This document shows, piece by piece, positions 36,249 to 51,566 of a stretch of 64,000 nucleotides of DNA. Origin of the DNA: Mobula hypostoma (taxonomy: Eukaryota). The DNA lies in the NCBI RefSeq assembly GCF_963921235.1, contig NC_086097.1:10726001-10790000 (forward strand), written 5' to 3'. The position numbers and the translations under genes are program-made. The notes beneath the pieces are model-generated. The model was not told the DNA's origin. It made no database searches and saw only the letters and a program-made list of their open reading frames with translations. The stretch's first letter is position 1. Each line of letters begins with the position of its first letter.

Positions 36249-38221
36249 GTTCTGGGGTGGGAGGTCCATATGTGGATGTGAGTGGGTAGAAAGGGGTTTC
36301 TTTTGCTGTTATTTTATTTTATTGACGTTGCTGTGTTATTCTGATAAATATTGTGGACATACGACGTTAGCACCAGAATGTGTGGTGACACCTGTGGGCT
36401 GCCCCCAGCACATTCTTAAGTTGTGATGCAAACAATACATTTCACTGTTTTGATTAGTCGGAACCTGAATCTGCACAATCAGAGCTGCTCGTTTTGTGTT
36501 TGTGCATGTACTAGGCAGTTAAAATAAAAACTAAAGACACTGGAAAAGCTCAACAGGTCAGGCAGCATCTATGGAAAAAGAAACTAAATTAACATTACAA
36601 ACTTTACAGGACGAAGGCTTTTCACCACTTCAATTTCTCTTCCCTCTGGTGCAACCAGACTTGTTGAGTATTTCGAGTATTTTGTGGTTTTATCTTAAAT
36701 ATCACACATGCCTCTGAGGTAACCTCAGATACTCAGGATGGGTGGAGCTTTTCAGCCTGCCTGGATCTGTGGATGTCGTTAAAGACAAGTCGAAGAAATG
36801 CTCTTCATATCACTCAGTTCTTGTAGTCCAAGATATGAGACCTCTCAGCTGTTCTATCATTGCTGCTGTTACATAAATGTTCAATAAAACACACAAAAAT
36901 TGTGTTGCTCAGATAACAAATGTGTATTCCAGTATATTTCAATGTTCAAAACTCAAACTAAATTCATTAACAAAGGACATATGTCAACAGATACAACCCT
37001 GAGATTTATTTTCTTGTGAGCATACTCAACAAATCTATAGAATAATAATAACAGAATTAATAAAAGACCACCCAACTAGTGCGTTCAACCAGAGTGCAGA
37101 AGACAACAAACTGTGCAAACTGGAAAAGATTAAACAATAATAATAGATAAATAAACAGTAAATAATGAGAACGTGAGATGAAGAGTCCTTGAAAGTGAGT
37201 CCGTTGGTTGTCGGAACTTCTCAATAATGAGGTAAGTAAAGTTATCCCCTTTGGTTCAAGAGTCTGATGGTTGAGGGGTAGTAACCGTTTCTGAACCAAT
37301 TGCTGTGAGTCCTGAGGCTCCTATATCTTCTTCCTCATGGCAGCAGCATCATTTTGATTGTTGCAAAAGAGCAAATAGTGAAACTTGACATTGAGATCTA
37401 AATTTATTCAGCCTTTATTCCAACTCGGTTCTTAAACTGTTATCCAGTTCCCAATAGTATGGTAGACAAAACTACAAAGACCTCCATTAAGGATTAATGA
37501 CATCTGCCTCAGCAAAGCTAATAGTGTTATGCCCTTTCTTCAGTTTTCATCAATTCATTTTGAACATTTCATTCTAAGCTGCCAAACATCCTTTTTTTTT
37601 GATATTGTTGTGGTTGCTGAGCTTGGCAGTTAGCTTGCAGACATTTCATCACCAGTCGAGGTGACATCCTCAGTGCGCAGTCTTTTACTCTGGGAGTGCT
37701 CACATCTATTTAGGCCCCTGTTCACTTGCGTCAGTCCTGATTGGCTGCCCCTTCAGTTGACCTTTGAATTCTCTTTGGTCTATGAACTCTTAAGAGCCAA
37801 AGAAATGTGTGTCAATGGAATGCAAACGCTGCAACGTCAAACGCCTCAACCCGAGTTACCAATATGCATCATCATCCTTTCTTTAATAATCAGACAAGCA
37901 ATTGAAGGGACAACTAACCGGCTCATTAGTTCACTGCCAGAGATATCACTGAGGATGTGTTTTACCTCATGAATTAATAAATGATCTTGACCTTGAGTAT
38001 GAGTGTGCTCACAAGGAAACAGAATTTTGAAAGCGAACAAAAAAACTTTGGAGAATAATGCATATTGAAAGCCCATGTGTTGAGTGGATCAGTATTGTAA
38101 TGGGTAAGGCCACCAAAGGGAAAAGGCTGTTGCTAATCTGGAGTGAGAACAGCCATGATGGTATTACAGGCTTTTTGCCCAGCTCTTGCTAGTCGTTTAC
38201 TAAAATATTCCAGAAACCGTT

Positions 38222-38545
38222 AGCAACACACACAAAATGCTAGAGGAACTCAGCAGGTCCGGCAGCATCCATTCAGGGGAATAACCAGAAAATGTCTCAA
38301 GATGAGACCCTCCATCCGGACTGGAAGAGAAGTGGGAAGAAGCCAAAATAAGAAGCTGGGGGGAGCGGAAGGGTAATGAAATGAGAAAAATAGGAGATGA
38401 CAGTTGGGAGAGTTAAAAGGATAAAGAAGAAAGAATCTGTGAGGAGAGGACAGTGGACCGTGGGAGAAAAGGGAAGGGGAATGGACACCAGGGGGAGGTG
38501 ATGGACAGGTGAAGAGAAATAAAGGAGTTAGACCATTCACTCTTG
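38222..38545 (-). repeat. Penelope-like terminal module
   Basis: GCAACACACACAAAATGCTAGAGGAACTCAGCAGG.. matches 166-270; purine-rich tract follows. Confidence 0.7.
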
Positions 38546-41500
38546 ATACAGGGATGCTCTCTTCCCTGATGCTCTGGGCTCCCAACCAAAGGTTTGAGCA
38601 TTCCACTCTCACGACCTCGCAGAGCAAAATGCCTGCTGTGGTTGGCCAAATTTTAAATTCCAGTGAACAGTATATTTTACAAATGTGAGTAGATTTACCT
38701 CTGGAGCGAGCGAAAGAGCATGTTCAGACATGAAAATTAGGAACAAGTGCAGGGCAAACTCCGACTCCAGCTTGCTCTATCAGTTGATAAGCCATGATGA
38801 AATGGTGGAGTAGACTCGATGAGCCAAATGGCCTAATTCTGCTTCTATGTCTTATGGTCTGATAAGATCATGGCTGATCTGACTGTAAACTCAATGCCAG
38901 ATTGCTAATTATCTGTGGTAACTTGTAATTTTTCTTATCTACCCACACTTCAAAATTATTCAAAGACTCTGCTTCTACTGTGCTTAAAGAGAATTCTAAA
39001 GGCTTGAGATCATCTAAGAGCAATAAGAAATCACCACGCCTATATGTCCTAAATCTAAACCCTCTTGTTTTTAAATGATGACTTCTTAATTCTGCATTCT
39101 CCCACTAAAGAAAACATCCTGTCCATATTCACCCTATTAAGACCTTGGAGAGTTTCAATCAAGTTCACTCTCAGGTTTTTGACCCACAGAAGCCCAGCCT
39201 CTCTATACTTCAAAATACAAGCTGCCTACTCAGGGTGTCAATCTTCACTGAACTGTTTCCAGTGCATTTCCCTCCTTCCTTGAATAAAGAGCCCAATATT
39301 ATAGAAAGTACTCCTTGTGGCCTCAACAATACCCTATAGAGCAGGAAAATACTTCTCCACTTCTGTGTTCACTTCCTGCAGCAAAGAAATAATAATATTC
39401 TACTATTTCTTTATCTAGCTTCAGCTGAATATCATGAGCCTTGTACACCTCTGCGGCAAGCCATAGAGCATTGGACTTCTAGGTTTCTCAGGCACCTGTA
39501 TTTACCTATCGTTGTCATTAAGCCCTTGTGCTTGCTGTTTACTCTTGTCCAGTTAATTGTGACTGGCACAGGTTTTCAGTATTTCATGATTATGTAAAGC
39601 GGGCACCTGTTTAGCACTCATTGCGGGGTCCTTGTGTTGAGAATAATTTGTCTTGCAGTGTCACTCAGTCATGCCACCAATATTATATTGGAATTCCTAT
39701 GTATAACCTCTTTTTCCTGTTCCTACATGGGAGTCTGCAGTTCCTCCACATCAGAGTTCAGTTGTTGCCAGCGCTCACCATGACACTGAATGTTTACCTT
39801 TCTGAAACATACCCACATTTCTCTATCTAAATAAAATCCAGCATCCTCTCCCCAACCGCTGAGTAACTGAGTCCCAATATGCCCAACAGTTCTTATGAGC
39901 TCTAATTTCATGGCAGTTTCTCAAAAAATGTACGAAGAGTCAACCACGTCTGTTGTATGGGGTTCACCCAATATTTGAACATTCAATGCTGAGCAAAGGC
40001 TTTACCTGAAAACACTGAAATTATTTGCAAAGTACTCACTTCTGAGTGTGAGAATTAAGCAAGTGAGTGCAAGTAGCAGGCATAATTATCGTCCCTGACG
40101 ATGCACAGGCTGCTAAGTACCTGCCGCTCTCACAGTGTGTTGTGTACAGTGCAAGGCAGGGAGCTAAATACCTTCTCAACAATCCCCTGAACTGGAAGCT
40201 TTCTTCAAGGCTTTGAATGAGAAAACTTCATGAAACTGCAGAAAGATAAGTAAAACACATATTTTCATGATCAGCATTAAACAAGATAAAGCACGCATGC
40301 AACGTTCTATAGCTATGCTGTGGAGTGAACTTGTGGTGCAATGATAGCTTAAGAGTGATGAAGGAGGGAAAGATGGCGCAGAGGTTTTTGTGGACCTGGG
40401 CGACTTCTTCCAATTCATTTGTGCCACCATTTAAATCTCCTCTTCTCATGTCTTTTTTCCTTCTCAAGGTGGCTGGAGTCCTGTCAGACAGCTGCGCTCA
40501 AACTACATTCTTCATGGGTGGTGGTTCTCACTCTCAGAACTTGCTGAACGGCCCGGGGTTTCAGTATCTTTAAGAGCGGCCTGGAAGATGGGTGTCTTTG
40601 GCATGCGACCCTGTGAACGACCCAATTCCTCGCTGATGTCACAGCGGATTAAGACATTGGGACAGCAGGCGCACCTGTTGGAGGCCTCTCACGCTGGTGA
40701 ATGAGAGTCTGCTGGATCTTGAGTCGGGGAACTCAAACAAATGATGCTGCAGATTGTAACATCGAAACAGTCAACTGTTGGCCTCCCCGCTCGCTGTGGT
40801 AGAGTGATATCTCTCTGTCCTTCACTAATGAGAGAGAGATTCTAACTGAGATATTGAAGTGTTGGAATGAACAATAATTTCTGATGGGCTCTATATCACG
40901 GTCTCTGGGGGCTTTGCTATTGCTGGCATGGTGGGTGGTGGGGTTGAAGAGTTTCCTGGAGCAAGTGGGGGGAGGGGAAGGGGGGAGGATTGATGCTTTT
41001 GCAGCTACTTGTGCATGGGAAGGGGAGGGGGCTTTAGGGTTCTAACGTTTTTCTGTCATTCATTATTTGGGTTTTTTTTTCGCTGTTTCATGGATATATG
41101 TGAAGAGTAAGAATTTCAGGCTGTATACTATATACATTCTCTGAGAATAAATTGCATCATTGAACCATTAATCCATTGAACAATAAACATAATACTTCCT
41201 TCAGAGTACGTCTACTAATTGCTTATCAATGTTAGGAAGGCTTAAGACCCACAGATATTGCTGTTTCAAGGGCAAATAGAGTGGATAGAGATGGATGTGT
41301 TTCAACCATGTTTGCTCCAAGTTAAAGTCCAAACTAATCTGTGCAGGAACATAGAACATAGAATAGTACAGCACAGTACAGGCCCTTCGGCCCACATTGT
41401 TGTGCCGACCCTCAAACCCTGCCTCCCATATAACCCCCCACCTTAAATTCCTCCATATACCTGTGATGTAATACCTTCCTTATATACCTGTGAGGAAGTG

Positions 41501-43876
41501 ATGTAAAATAGAGTTTATGAACAGGAAATGATGTCTGTACAAAAAGAACTACTACAAAACTAACAGTGTCTTAGTCAGTCACAGTTAACCATGGATATTG
41601 CATCCTAGCTGTCTGGATATACAAGCCAGGGCAGTACCACATGGAGAGCTAGTTGTTGCCCATCTGATGAACTCAAAGGAATGACAGAGTTTGGAACAGT
41701 TTGGTGCCAGCAGTATTCCAGGAGTTCCCAGTCAGTGTTGAATTCAACTTGGGACTACCTCAGGGACTCCAGCTCTAGATTTTTTTCCCATAGTGTTTTA
41801 CTCCAGAAAGACCTTGCCATGAGTGGAGAGAGCTGGAAGGCAGCGGAGGGTTGAGGTTCGGTCCTGCCAAAAGGTCTCAGCCTGAAACGTCGACTGTACT
41901 CTTTTCCATAGCTGCTGCCTGGCCTGCTGAGTTTCTCCGGAAATTTGTGCGCGTTGGAGGTTTGAGATCAGAGGTTTCCTTCTCCTAGATGAGCTGCCAA
42001 CCATGGCTGACGAGCCCCATCTGCTCAAAGCGAGTGCTTTTAAAGTGCCAGTAACCTGCATTTGCCCTTCTCCTGTCAGTAGAAATAGTTCTGCTGGGCT
42101 TTGTAGCTGAGGCACACGGGAAGGACTAGAGTTAGACTTGTTTGTCAAAAGCTATTTGAGATGCACGCTATTGAGAGTATTTAATAGGTAGTGGGAGTTT
42201 GTCTTCATTACCACCCCCAGCTATAACAACCTTACGGATCCATCAGGGATAGACAGCTTATGCACTTCTGATGAAAAGATCAAAACAAAAAGCTGTCACC
42301 CAGATTTCAGAACAGGAAGTGAGTATTGTACAAAACAAATTGCATACAGAATGAACAGTGCCTCTAGAGGTAGAACAGAGAATCGCCAGCATTATCAATA
42401 TACAGTGGAGAACAATGGGAATTCCAGATGAATGAAATTGCACCAAATGCACCCCCTGAGTTATGCCTGCACTCTACATTACAAAACCAATTTAGAATCA
42501 GAATCAGGTTAAATATCATTGTGCATGCTGTGAAATAGTCGTGAGTCCCGATGAACGGTTTCAGCCTGAACGTAGATTGTTTATTCATTTCCATAGATGC
42601 TGCCTGACCTGCTGTGTTCCTCCAGCATTTTGTGTGTGCTGTCATGAAATTTGTTCATTTGTAGCAGTACAGTGCAATGCATAACAAAAAAGCTATAAAT
42701 TACAGTAAGAAATATATATAAAAATTAAATGAATGAAGCAGTGCAAAAAGAGATTAAAAAAATAATGAGGGAGTGTACATTGTCCATTCAGAAATCTGAT
42801 GGCAGAGGGGAAGAAGCTGTTCCTAAAATGTTGAGTGGGTGTCTTCAGGCTCCTTGATGGTAGCAATGAGAAGAGGGCATGCCGTGGGTGAGAGTCCTTA
42901 ATGATGGATGCCACCTTTTTGAGGCAAATGGATAGCAGATGTTTCAAGTAAATTCCTACATCAGTTTCTTAATTAAATTAAACAAGTGGTGCAAAAAAAG
43001 TCAGCAGAAAAAAATTAGCAAGAGGGCATGCCCTGGGTGTTGGGGGTACTTAATGCTGGATGCTGCCTTCTTGAGGTACCGCCTTTTGAAGATGTGTCAC
43101 ATGCAGTCAAAGCTAAAATTTAACCCCTTTTACTGTTCATAGGTATTCTGCTATAGCAGCTCACTTCACTTACTTCCACCAGTAGATTCCCTAATCCTGG
43201 CTTCGACATTCAGTTCCCTCCAATTATAGAGATATTGTAGTAATCCTATAGACAATTGTATAATAAATATATCCTACGTGCTAACATCACTGCAACAATT
43301 TACAATTTTGCAATTTTCATTTATGTTCATTCTTGGAAGTTCAAGATTAACAATCAGAAATATTCTGTGTATTTCAATTAATTGGTAAGGAGCTACATAA
43401 TTTTGCATGTTCAACTTTCAATTATTGTAGCAGTGAAACAAATTATTTTTAATTATCTGTCACGGGCACTTGATGCAAAATAATAGCTGGCACTGTGTAG
43501 ATTCATTTTCACCACTAGGGTTGGCAAGCTGGTTTTCTTTGTGCTATTTTCAGTCAGTAAGGTATGTGCGTTTTTTGAAGCAGGATACATCTGTCACTTC
43601 AAGAATCTTTATTTGAGGTGGCATTATGAAATGAAAGCAAAGTTGGAATCAATGTTTCCACTAAAGTTTTTTTTAGAGCTGTGCAGACCAACTGTTGCTC
43701 TGAGCAGGAAATTTTTACACAGCCTGAAAATTGCATAGCACTTTAAATATTTGTCTTTCTATTCTAACAGTTTTTTAAATTAAAAGTTCTTACTAGATTA
43801 TGACATTTTTGAAAGATTACTTAACAAAAAAAATCAGAATATGGATATTTTTCACATCAAACCAACACAAAGATTT

Positions 43877-46362
43877 TGGAAAGGTGAAAAAATAACAGGG
43901 TTGTTATCATGGGTGACTTTAACTTCCCTAATATTGATTGGCACCTGATTAGTTCCAAGGGTTTAGATGGGGCAGAATTTGTTAAGTGTGTCTAGGATGG
44001 ATTCCTGTCACAGTATGTGGACAGGCCGACCAGGGGGAATGCCATACTAGATCTAGCACTAGGTAATGAACCGGGTCAGGTCACAGATCTCTCAGTGGGT
44101 GAGCATCTAGGGGACAGTGACCACTGCTCCCTGGCCTTTATAATTATCATGGAAAAGGATAGGACCAAAGAGGACAGGAAAATTTTTAATTGGGGAAAGG
44201 CAAATTATGAGGCTATAAGGCTAGAACTTGCGGGTGTGAATTGGGATGATGTTTTTGCGGGGAAATGTACTATGGACATGTGGTCGATGTTTAGAGATCT
44301 CTTGCGGGATATAAGGGATAAATTTGTCCCGGTGAGGAAGATAAAGAATGGTAGGGTGAAGGAACAATGGGTGACAAGTGAGGTGGAAAATCTACTCAGG
44401 AGGAAGAAGGCAGCATGCATGAGGTTTAGGAAGCAAGGATCAGATGGGTCTATTGAGGAATATAGGGAAGCAAGAAAGGAGCTTAAGAAGAGGCTGAGAA
44501 GAGCAAGAAGGGGGCATGAGAAGGCCTTGGCGAGTAGGGTAAAGGAAAACCCCAAGGCATTCTTCAATTATGTGAAGAAAAAAAGGATGACAGGAGTGAA
44601 GGTAGGACCGATTAGAAATAAAGGTGGAAAGATGTGCCTGGAGGCTGTGGAAGTGAGCGAGGTCCTCAATGAATACTTCTCTTCGGTATTCAACAATGAG
44701 AGGGAACTTGATGATGGTGAGGACAATATGAGTGAGGTTGATGTTATGGAGCATGTTGATATTAAGGGAGAGGAGGTGTTGGAGTTGTTAAAATACATTA
44801 GGACAGATAAGTCCCCGGGGCCTGATGGAATATTCCCCAGGCTGCTCCACGAGGCGAGAGAAGAGATTGCTGAGCCTCTGGCTGGGATCTTTATGTCCTC
44901 GTTGTCCACGGGAATGGTACCGGAGGATTGGAGGGAGGTGAATGTTGTTCCCTTGTTCAAAAAAGGTAGTAGGGATAGTCCGGGTAATTATAGACCAGTG
45001 AGCCTTATGTCTGTGGTGGGAAAGCTGTTGGAAAAGATTCTTAGAGATAGGATCTATAGGCATTTAGAGAATCATGGTCTGATCAGGGACAGTCAGCATG
45101 GCTTTGTGAAGGGCAGATCGTGTCTAACAAGCCTGATAGAGTTCTTTGAGGAGGTGACCAGGCATATAGATGAGGGTAGTGCGGTGGATGTGATCTATAT
45201 GGATTTTAGTAAGGCATTTGACAAGGTTCCACAGGGTAGGCTTATTCAGAAAGTTAGAAGGCACGGGATCCAGGGAAGTTTGACCAGGTGGATTCAGAAT
45301 TCACTTGCCTGCAGAAGGCAGAGGGTGGTGGTGGAGGGAGTACATTCAGATTGGAGGATAGTGACTAGTGGTGTCCCACAAGGATCTCTTCTGGGACCTC
45401 TACTTTTCGTGATTTTTATTAACGACCTCGATGTGGGGGTAGAAGGGTGGGTTGGCAAGTTTGCAGACGACACAAAGGTTGGTGGTGTTGTAGATAGTGC
45501 AGAGGATTGTCAAAGATTGCAGAGAGACATTGGTAGGATGCAGAAGTGGGCTGAGAAGTGGCAGATGGAGTTCAACCCGGAGAAGTGTGAGGTGGTACAC
45601 TTTGGAAGGACAAACTTCAAGGCAGAGTACAAAGTAAATGGCAGGATACTTAGTAGTGTGGAGGAGCAGAGGGATCTCGGGGTACATGTCCACAGATCCC
45701 TGAAAGTTGCCTCACAGGTGGATAGGGTAGTTAAGAAAGCTTATGGGGTGTTAGCTTTCATAAGTCAAGGGATAGATTTTAAGAGTCGCAATGTAATGAT
45801 GCAGCTCTATAAAACTCTGGTTAGGCCACACTTGGAGTATTGTGTCCAGTTCTGGTCACCTCACTATAGGAAGGATGTGGAAGCATTGGAAAGGGTACAG
45901 AGGAGATTTACCAGGATGCTGCCTGGTTTAGAAAGTATGCATTATGATCAGAGATTAAGGGAGCTAGGGCTTTACTCTTTGGAGAGAAGGAGGATGAGAG
46001 GAGACATGATAGAGGTGTACAAGATAATAAGAGGAATAGATAGAGTGGATAGCCAGCGCCTCTTCCCCAGGGCACCACTGCTCAATACAAGAGGACATGG
46101 CTTTAAGGTAAGGGGTGGGAAGTTCAAGGGGGATATTAGAGGAAGGTTTTTTATTCAGAGAGTGGTTGGTGCGTGGAATGCACTGCCTGAGATAGCGGTG
46201 GAGGCAGATACACTAGTGAAGTTTAAGAGACTACTAGACAGGAATATGGAGGAATCTAAGGTGGGGGCTTATATGGGAGGCAGGGTTTGAGGGTCGGCAC
46301 AACATTGTGGGCCGAAGGGCCTGTACTGTGCTGTACTATTCTATGTTCTATGTTCTATGTTC
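43877..46362 (+). mobile_element. Young CR1 LINE, 5'-truncated within the endonuclease; 757-aa open ORF2 portion (44017-46290)
   Basis: VVIMGDFN (43900), SDH, KSPGPDG, NYRPVSL, YMDFSKAFDKVP, GVPQGSLLGP, KFADDT; one stop at ~43993; (TTCTATG)n tail 46339-46362. Confidence 0.95.
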
Positions 46363-49300
46363 AAACCACAACTCACTCACAGGTAAACAGTGTCAGGGAG
46401 TCAAACAACTGATAGGCACAATTGCAACAGTAAAATGTTATAACTAGATGGCACTGACATTTAGCAGACCAGCGGTATATTTACAATGAACAATCGACTT
46501 CCATTCTGTGTTTGCTGTTGCAATTTGTAACAGTATTGTAACTTGAAACATTGACAATGTAAATACATTGAAGCTTTAAAATGTTTCAAAGTAAAGTTTG
46601 TGGCAAGTTTGTTATTTGAGAAATTTATGGATTAGATTCCTTAACATAATTAATTTGAGGATATTTCACAATGGTATTCACATAGATTTCAAAATTATTT
46701 AGCATTGCATAAAAGAAAATTCCATCTGCACAGCACCAAAGACTATGTGCAGGAGGTGGGGGTCATTTCAGTTACTGAGTCGTCCTGTCTCTGCGCAGCT
46801 GAAAAGAAACAGTGGTTCAGCTCATTGTCTTCTGTACTGTGTGCCAATATGAGTAATAAAGATACAATGGAGTATAAAGAATTCAATTCAATGTAGATCA
46901 ATGTGTCTACCCATGCTGTGACACAGAGATTCTCGGGTTATATAGGATCATTGATACACTACCATGTCTGCATAATATCTGCCATTCAGTTAGTTACCTT
47001 AAATAAATCGCCATATCTTATACTTGACACTCAATTAATCACCTTCTACATTGTACTCGTAGCTGAGTAGAAATGACACAGCATCAGAGATTTATTTTTA
47101 GCATCAGAGATGTAGATGTTTCCAGGTTCATTCCACTACTTGATGAATTGCTTTATATTGTTTTATCAACATGGCTTGCTTTGGACAAGAAAGAACATGA
47201 GGTAAAAAAAACTGAATGTATCTCTTGACATTCACTTCAGAAAACTGACTTTCAAACTGCGATTTGCATGCATATTATGTTGCAAGTTTATCAAACATTG
47301 GTTAGAGTGAAACTGGACTCTTACATTTTTTTCTAATTGTCACATTTCAAGAAGTTGCCAGAGGAGATACAGAAGGATTTACTAGAAAGGCTGCAGAGTC
47401 TTGGGAATTCAATTGTGAGTCCCAAGCAATGCTTTTCCTCTCCTATTCTCACCACTTTCTAATGAAGCACCATTGAAACTGTCCTGGCCAGCTGGATAGG
47501 GAGGACTGCTGAAAGAATCATTGGGGTCTCTCCCCCCTCCAACATCTTCCAGAAGCACTGCAAATGTAGTGCCATCAGTAATGTCAAAGACCCCTCCATT
47601 CCTCCCCACAATCTTTTTGACCTCCTGCCATCAAGCAGAAGGTACTGCAGCATTAGAACCAGAACTCTTAGGCTGCATAGCAGCTTTCTCAACCAGGCTA
47701 TGAGACTTCTTAACACCTGCTGCTATCCAGTATACATGTACATCCTGAACGCCCTGCTACCCCTACTCTCCAACTCGCAGACACACTCTCACCCTTCACA
47801 GGACTCATTCCATCTTTTTTTGCTGCCGTTTCACATATTTATATCACTGCTTGTTTTATTATAATAGTGTCAGTAACAATACACTGACTCACAGAAAAAT
47901 GCACCTCACACTTAGGTCAACCTGTCAATCTTCAGACCATGCCACTAAGGAACTTGTGCTGATTATTATTTTGCGACTCTGTGTGCTGGATAATTTTCTT
48001 AAGGTTGTTGTAGCTGGGGTTGGTAATGGGGACAAGCTCCCACGACCTATTAAACGCTCCCATTGGTGGGTGCCTCAAATAGCCTCTGACAAGAAGTCTG
48101 GCTTAGCTACCAAACTCAGTGGAAGTGTTTCTACTGACAGGAAAAGGGGCAAATGTGGGTTACTGGCACCTTAAAACCAATTGCTTCAGACATCATCATC
48201 ATCAGTCGTGGCTGGCAGCTCATTTAGAAGAAGGAAAACTCTGATCTCAAACCTCTGCTGCCGTGCGACTATACTCACTCATGGGGAAGGTTTCGGAAGT
48301 AAACCCCGAAGGAAAAATCCGGAAGTGGAGTCCCTAAGGCGTTGAGTTCAACATTGGCTGGCAACTCCTGCAACGCTGCTGGTGCAGAACGGTATCAGTC
48401 TCTGCCTTTCCTTTGGGTTCATCAGCTGTGTGGAGAGAGGGAGCTTGCTACATTGGCAACAGCTTGCTCTCCATATTGTACTAACAACCAGGTCCAGTTG
48501 CTGGACTTATATATCTGCATATCTAGACAGGCAGGACACAACAACCCTGACCAACAGAGGCTTCATCATGCTCTGGATGCAACTGAGTGTGGTCAGATGT
48601 AGTGTGTTTTACACCTTTGCCCCAGAGGAATGATGTTCATACAGCTGTATACAAGTGCATGTTTGAATGGCAATAAATTTGAACTTGAACTTATAAGGTT
48701 CATTTGGCTTGTTCTTCTTGGATTAAGAAGGATTGAGGAGAAATGTAAATGATTTTCATGGTTGATGGAGGGAAGCTGTTTCCTGTAGTGTGTGATTCTC
48801 TGACCTAGCAACACAGGTGTAAAATGTTTGACAAAATATGGAGGAGAGAAGACATGAGAGAAAATCTTTTTAACTCAAAAACAGTTTGAGTATCCGGAAC
48901 TCACTGCCTATAAGAGTAATGGACATAATCTTTAGTGTGATAGGAATACTCTTTCCCCACAGAGCTTTGGGTTGGTATAGTGTCTTTAATGTAGAAAACT
49001 ATTCAGCATTAAACAGCTCCATCATCTTCTGCTCTGGGAATTGCAAAGCATCAGATTGCTAGATCCTGCAATGGATGGTGAGGGAAACAGTCGATGAAGG
49101 GTCTTGACCCGAAACGTCAACTGTACCTCTTCCTATAGATGCAGCATGGATAGTGAGAACTGTCTTTGGCAACCTTCTGCTGGAATCTGTTGCTGTGAAA
49201 AGTTTCCCTGTCCTCTAACACGAGTAAAATGCCTCATGAGACTACTGCTCTTTATTGCCTGACTAAGTCCATGCTTTTATCTACAATCAGCCCTCCCATT

Positions 49301-50374
49301 CTCTTTCTCTCACCACAGTATCCATCCATTTGGTCGCAAAACAAGCTCTATTGCTGAATGAGTATTGCTTGTATCATTGTGTGTCTGTTTGAGAGCTGGC
49401 AGATTGTACCACAAGAGCTAGGAGCTTCATGATAATGTAGCAGTTAGTACGACACTATTACAGCTCAGGGCATGAGAGCTGAGAGTTCAATTCTGACGTG
49501 ACCTATCTCCTTCCGGTGTGCATGTGGGTTTCCTCCCACAGTCCAAAGGTGTACTGGTCTGTAGGTTAATTGGTCATTGTAAGTTGTCCTGTGATTAGGC
49601 TAGGGTTAATTAAGAGATTTGCTGCCCAGTGTGGCTCATTGGGCTGAAGGGGCTGTCCTGCACCGTATCCTTAAGCCCTTTCTATGCCATGGTCCTTTAC
49701 CGTTAACCGAGAGGACCATCAACCCCAGGTTGGAAACCACTGGTTTAATTAAATAAACTAGAAGGCATAGGTTTAAGGTGAGGGGGAGAATTTTAATTGA
49801 AACATGAGGGGCAATGTTTTCACCTAGACAGTGGTCTAAAGTGGAACAAGCTACCAGAAGACACATTGACAACATTTAAAAGGTACTTGGATAGGAAAGT
49901 TTTAGAGCAGGGGTTCCCAAACTGGGGTCCACTGACCCCCCCCTTGGTTAATAGTTGGGCTCCTTGGGCTTAAAAAAGTCGGAGGGATATGGGATTATCT
50001 TAGATGGGTATCTCAGTCAATATTAACCAGTTGGGCCATATGGCTTGTTTCTGTCCTGTATAGATCCATAAACCAGAGGGAGACCTTCACTCAGAGGGCG
50101 GTGTGAGTATGGAACCAGCTGACATCGGGAGTGGTGGATGTGGGTTTGATTGCAACATTTAAGAGTAGATTGGATGTACATGGATGTGAGGAGCATGGAG
50201 GTCTATGGTCCAGGTACGGGTCAACGGGTTTAGGCAGAACGGTTTTGCATGGCTGAAGTGCCGTTTCATTGATCTCATACTCTATGAAAAGCAAACAGCA
50301 AATAACCTGGAGACATAGGAACGTATGTTGGAACACATGCTGGACTCTGGAACAACACTAAAAGATTGGAGGAT

Positions 50375-51566
50375 CTCAGTGCTGTTCATCGACTATAGCT
50401 CAGCATTTAATACCATCATTCCCACAATCCTGATTGAGAAGTTGCAGGACCTGGGCCTTTGTACCTCCCTCTGCAATTGGATCCTCAACTTCCCAACTGG
50501 AAGATCACAATCTGTGCGGATTGGTGATAACATATCCTTTTCGTTGACGATCAACACTGGCGCACCTCAGGGTGTGTGCTTAGCCCACTGCTCTACTCTC
50601 TATATACACATGACTGTGTGACTAGGCATAGCTCAAATACCATCTATAAATTTGCTGATGATACAACCAATGTTGGTAGAATCTCAGCTGGTGATGAGAG
50701 GGCGTACAGGAGTGAGATATGCCAACCAGTGGAATGGTGCCGCAGCAACAACCTGGCACTCAGTGTCAGTAAGACGAAAGAGCTGATTGTAGACTTCGGG
50801 AAGGCTAAGATGAAGGAACACGTACCAATCCTCATAGAAGGATTAAAAGTGGAGAGAGTGAGCAGTTTCAATTTCCTGGTTGTCAAGATTTCTGAGGAAC
50901 TAACCTGGTCCCAACATATCGATGTAGTCATAAAGAAGGCAAGACAGCGGTTATACTTTATTAAGAGTTTGAAGCAATTTGGCATGTCAACAAATACATT
51001 CAAAAACTTCTATAGTTGTACCATGGAGAGCATTCTGACAGGCCGCATCACTGTCTGGCATGGAGGGGCTACTGCACAGGACTGAAAGAAGTTGCAGAAG
51101 GTTGTAAATCTAGTCAGCTCCATCTTGGGTACTAGCCTACAAATTATCCAGGACGTCTTTAGGGAGCGGTGTCTCTGAAAGGCAGCGTCCATTATTAAGG
51201 ACCTCTAGCACCCAGGGCATGCCCTTTTCTCACTGTTACCATCAGGTAGGAGATACAGAAGCCTGAAGGCACACACTCAGCGATTCAGGAACAGCTTCTT
51301 CCCCTCTGCCATCCGATTCCTGAATGGACTTTGAAGATTTGGACACTACCGCACTTTTTTAATATACAGTATTTCTGTTTTTGCACATTTTTAATAATCT
51401 ATTCAATATGTGTAATTTACTTGTTTATTTATTATTATGTTTTATTTTATTTATTATTGCTATTTTTTTTTCTGTCTCTACTAGATTTTGTATCGCATTG
51501 AATTGCTGCTGCTAAGTTAACAAATTTTGCGTCACATGCCAGTGATAATAAACCTGATTCTGATTC
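50375..51566 (+). mobile_element. Rex1/Babar LINE, 5'-truncated RT with frameshift and stops
   Basis: [48 protein letters not shown]; (CTGATT)n tail. Confidence 0.9.

Noticed and set aside
44205..45693. Antisense ORFs over CR1 (also 28102-28806, 2762-3088, 50644-51003)
   Set aside because: Shadow frames of LINE RT ORFs with no independent motifs.
44017..46290. Autonomous active CR1
   Set aside because: 5'-truncated inside the endonuclease, no ORF1 or promoter, and a stop at ~43993.
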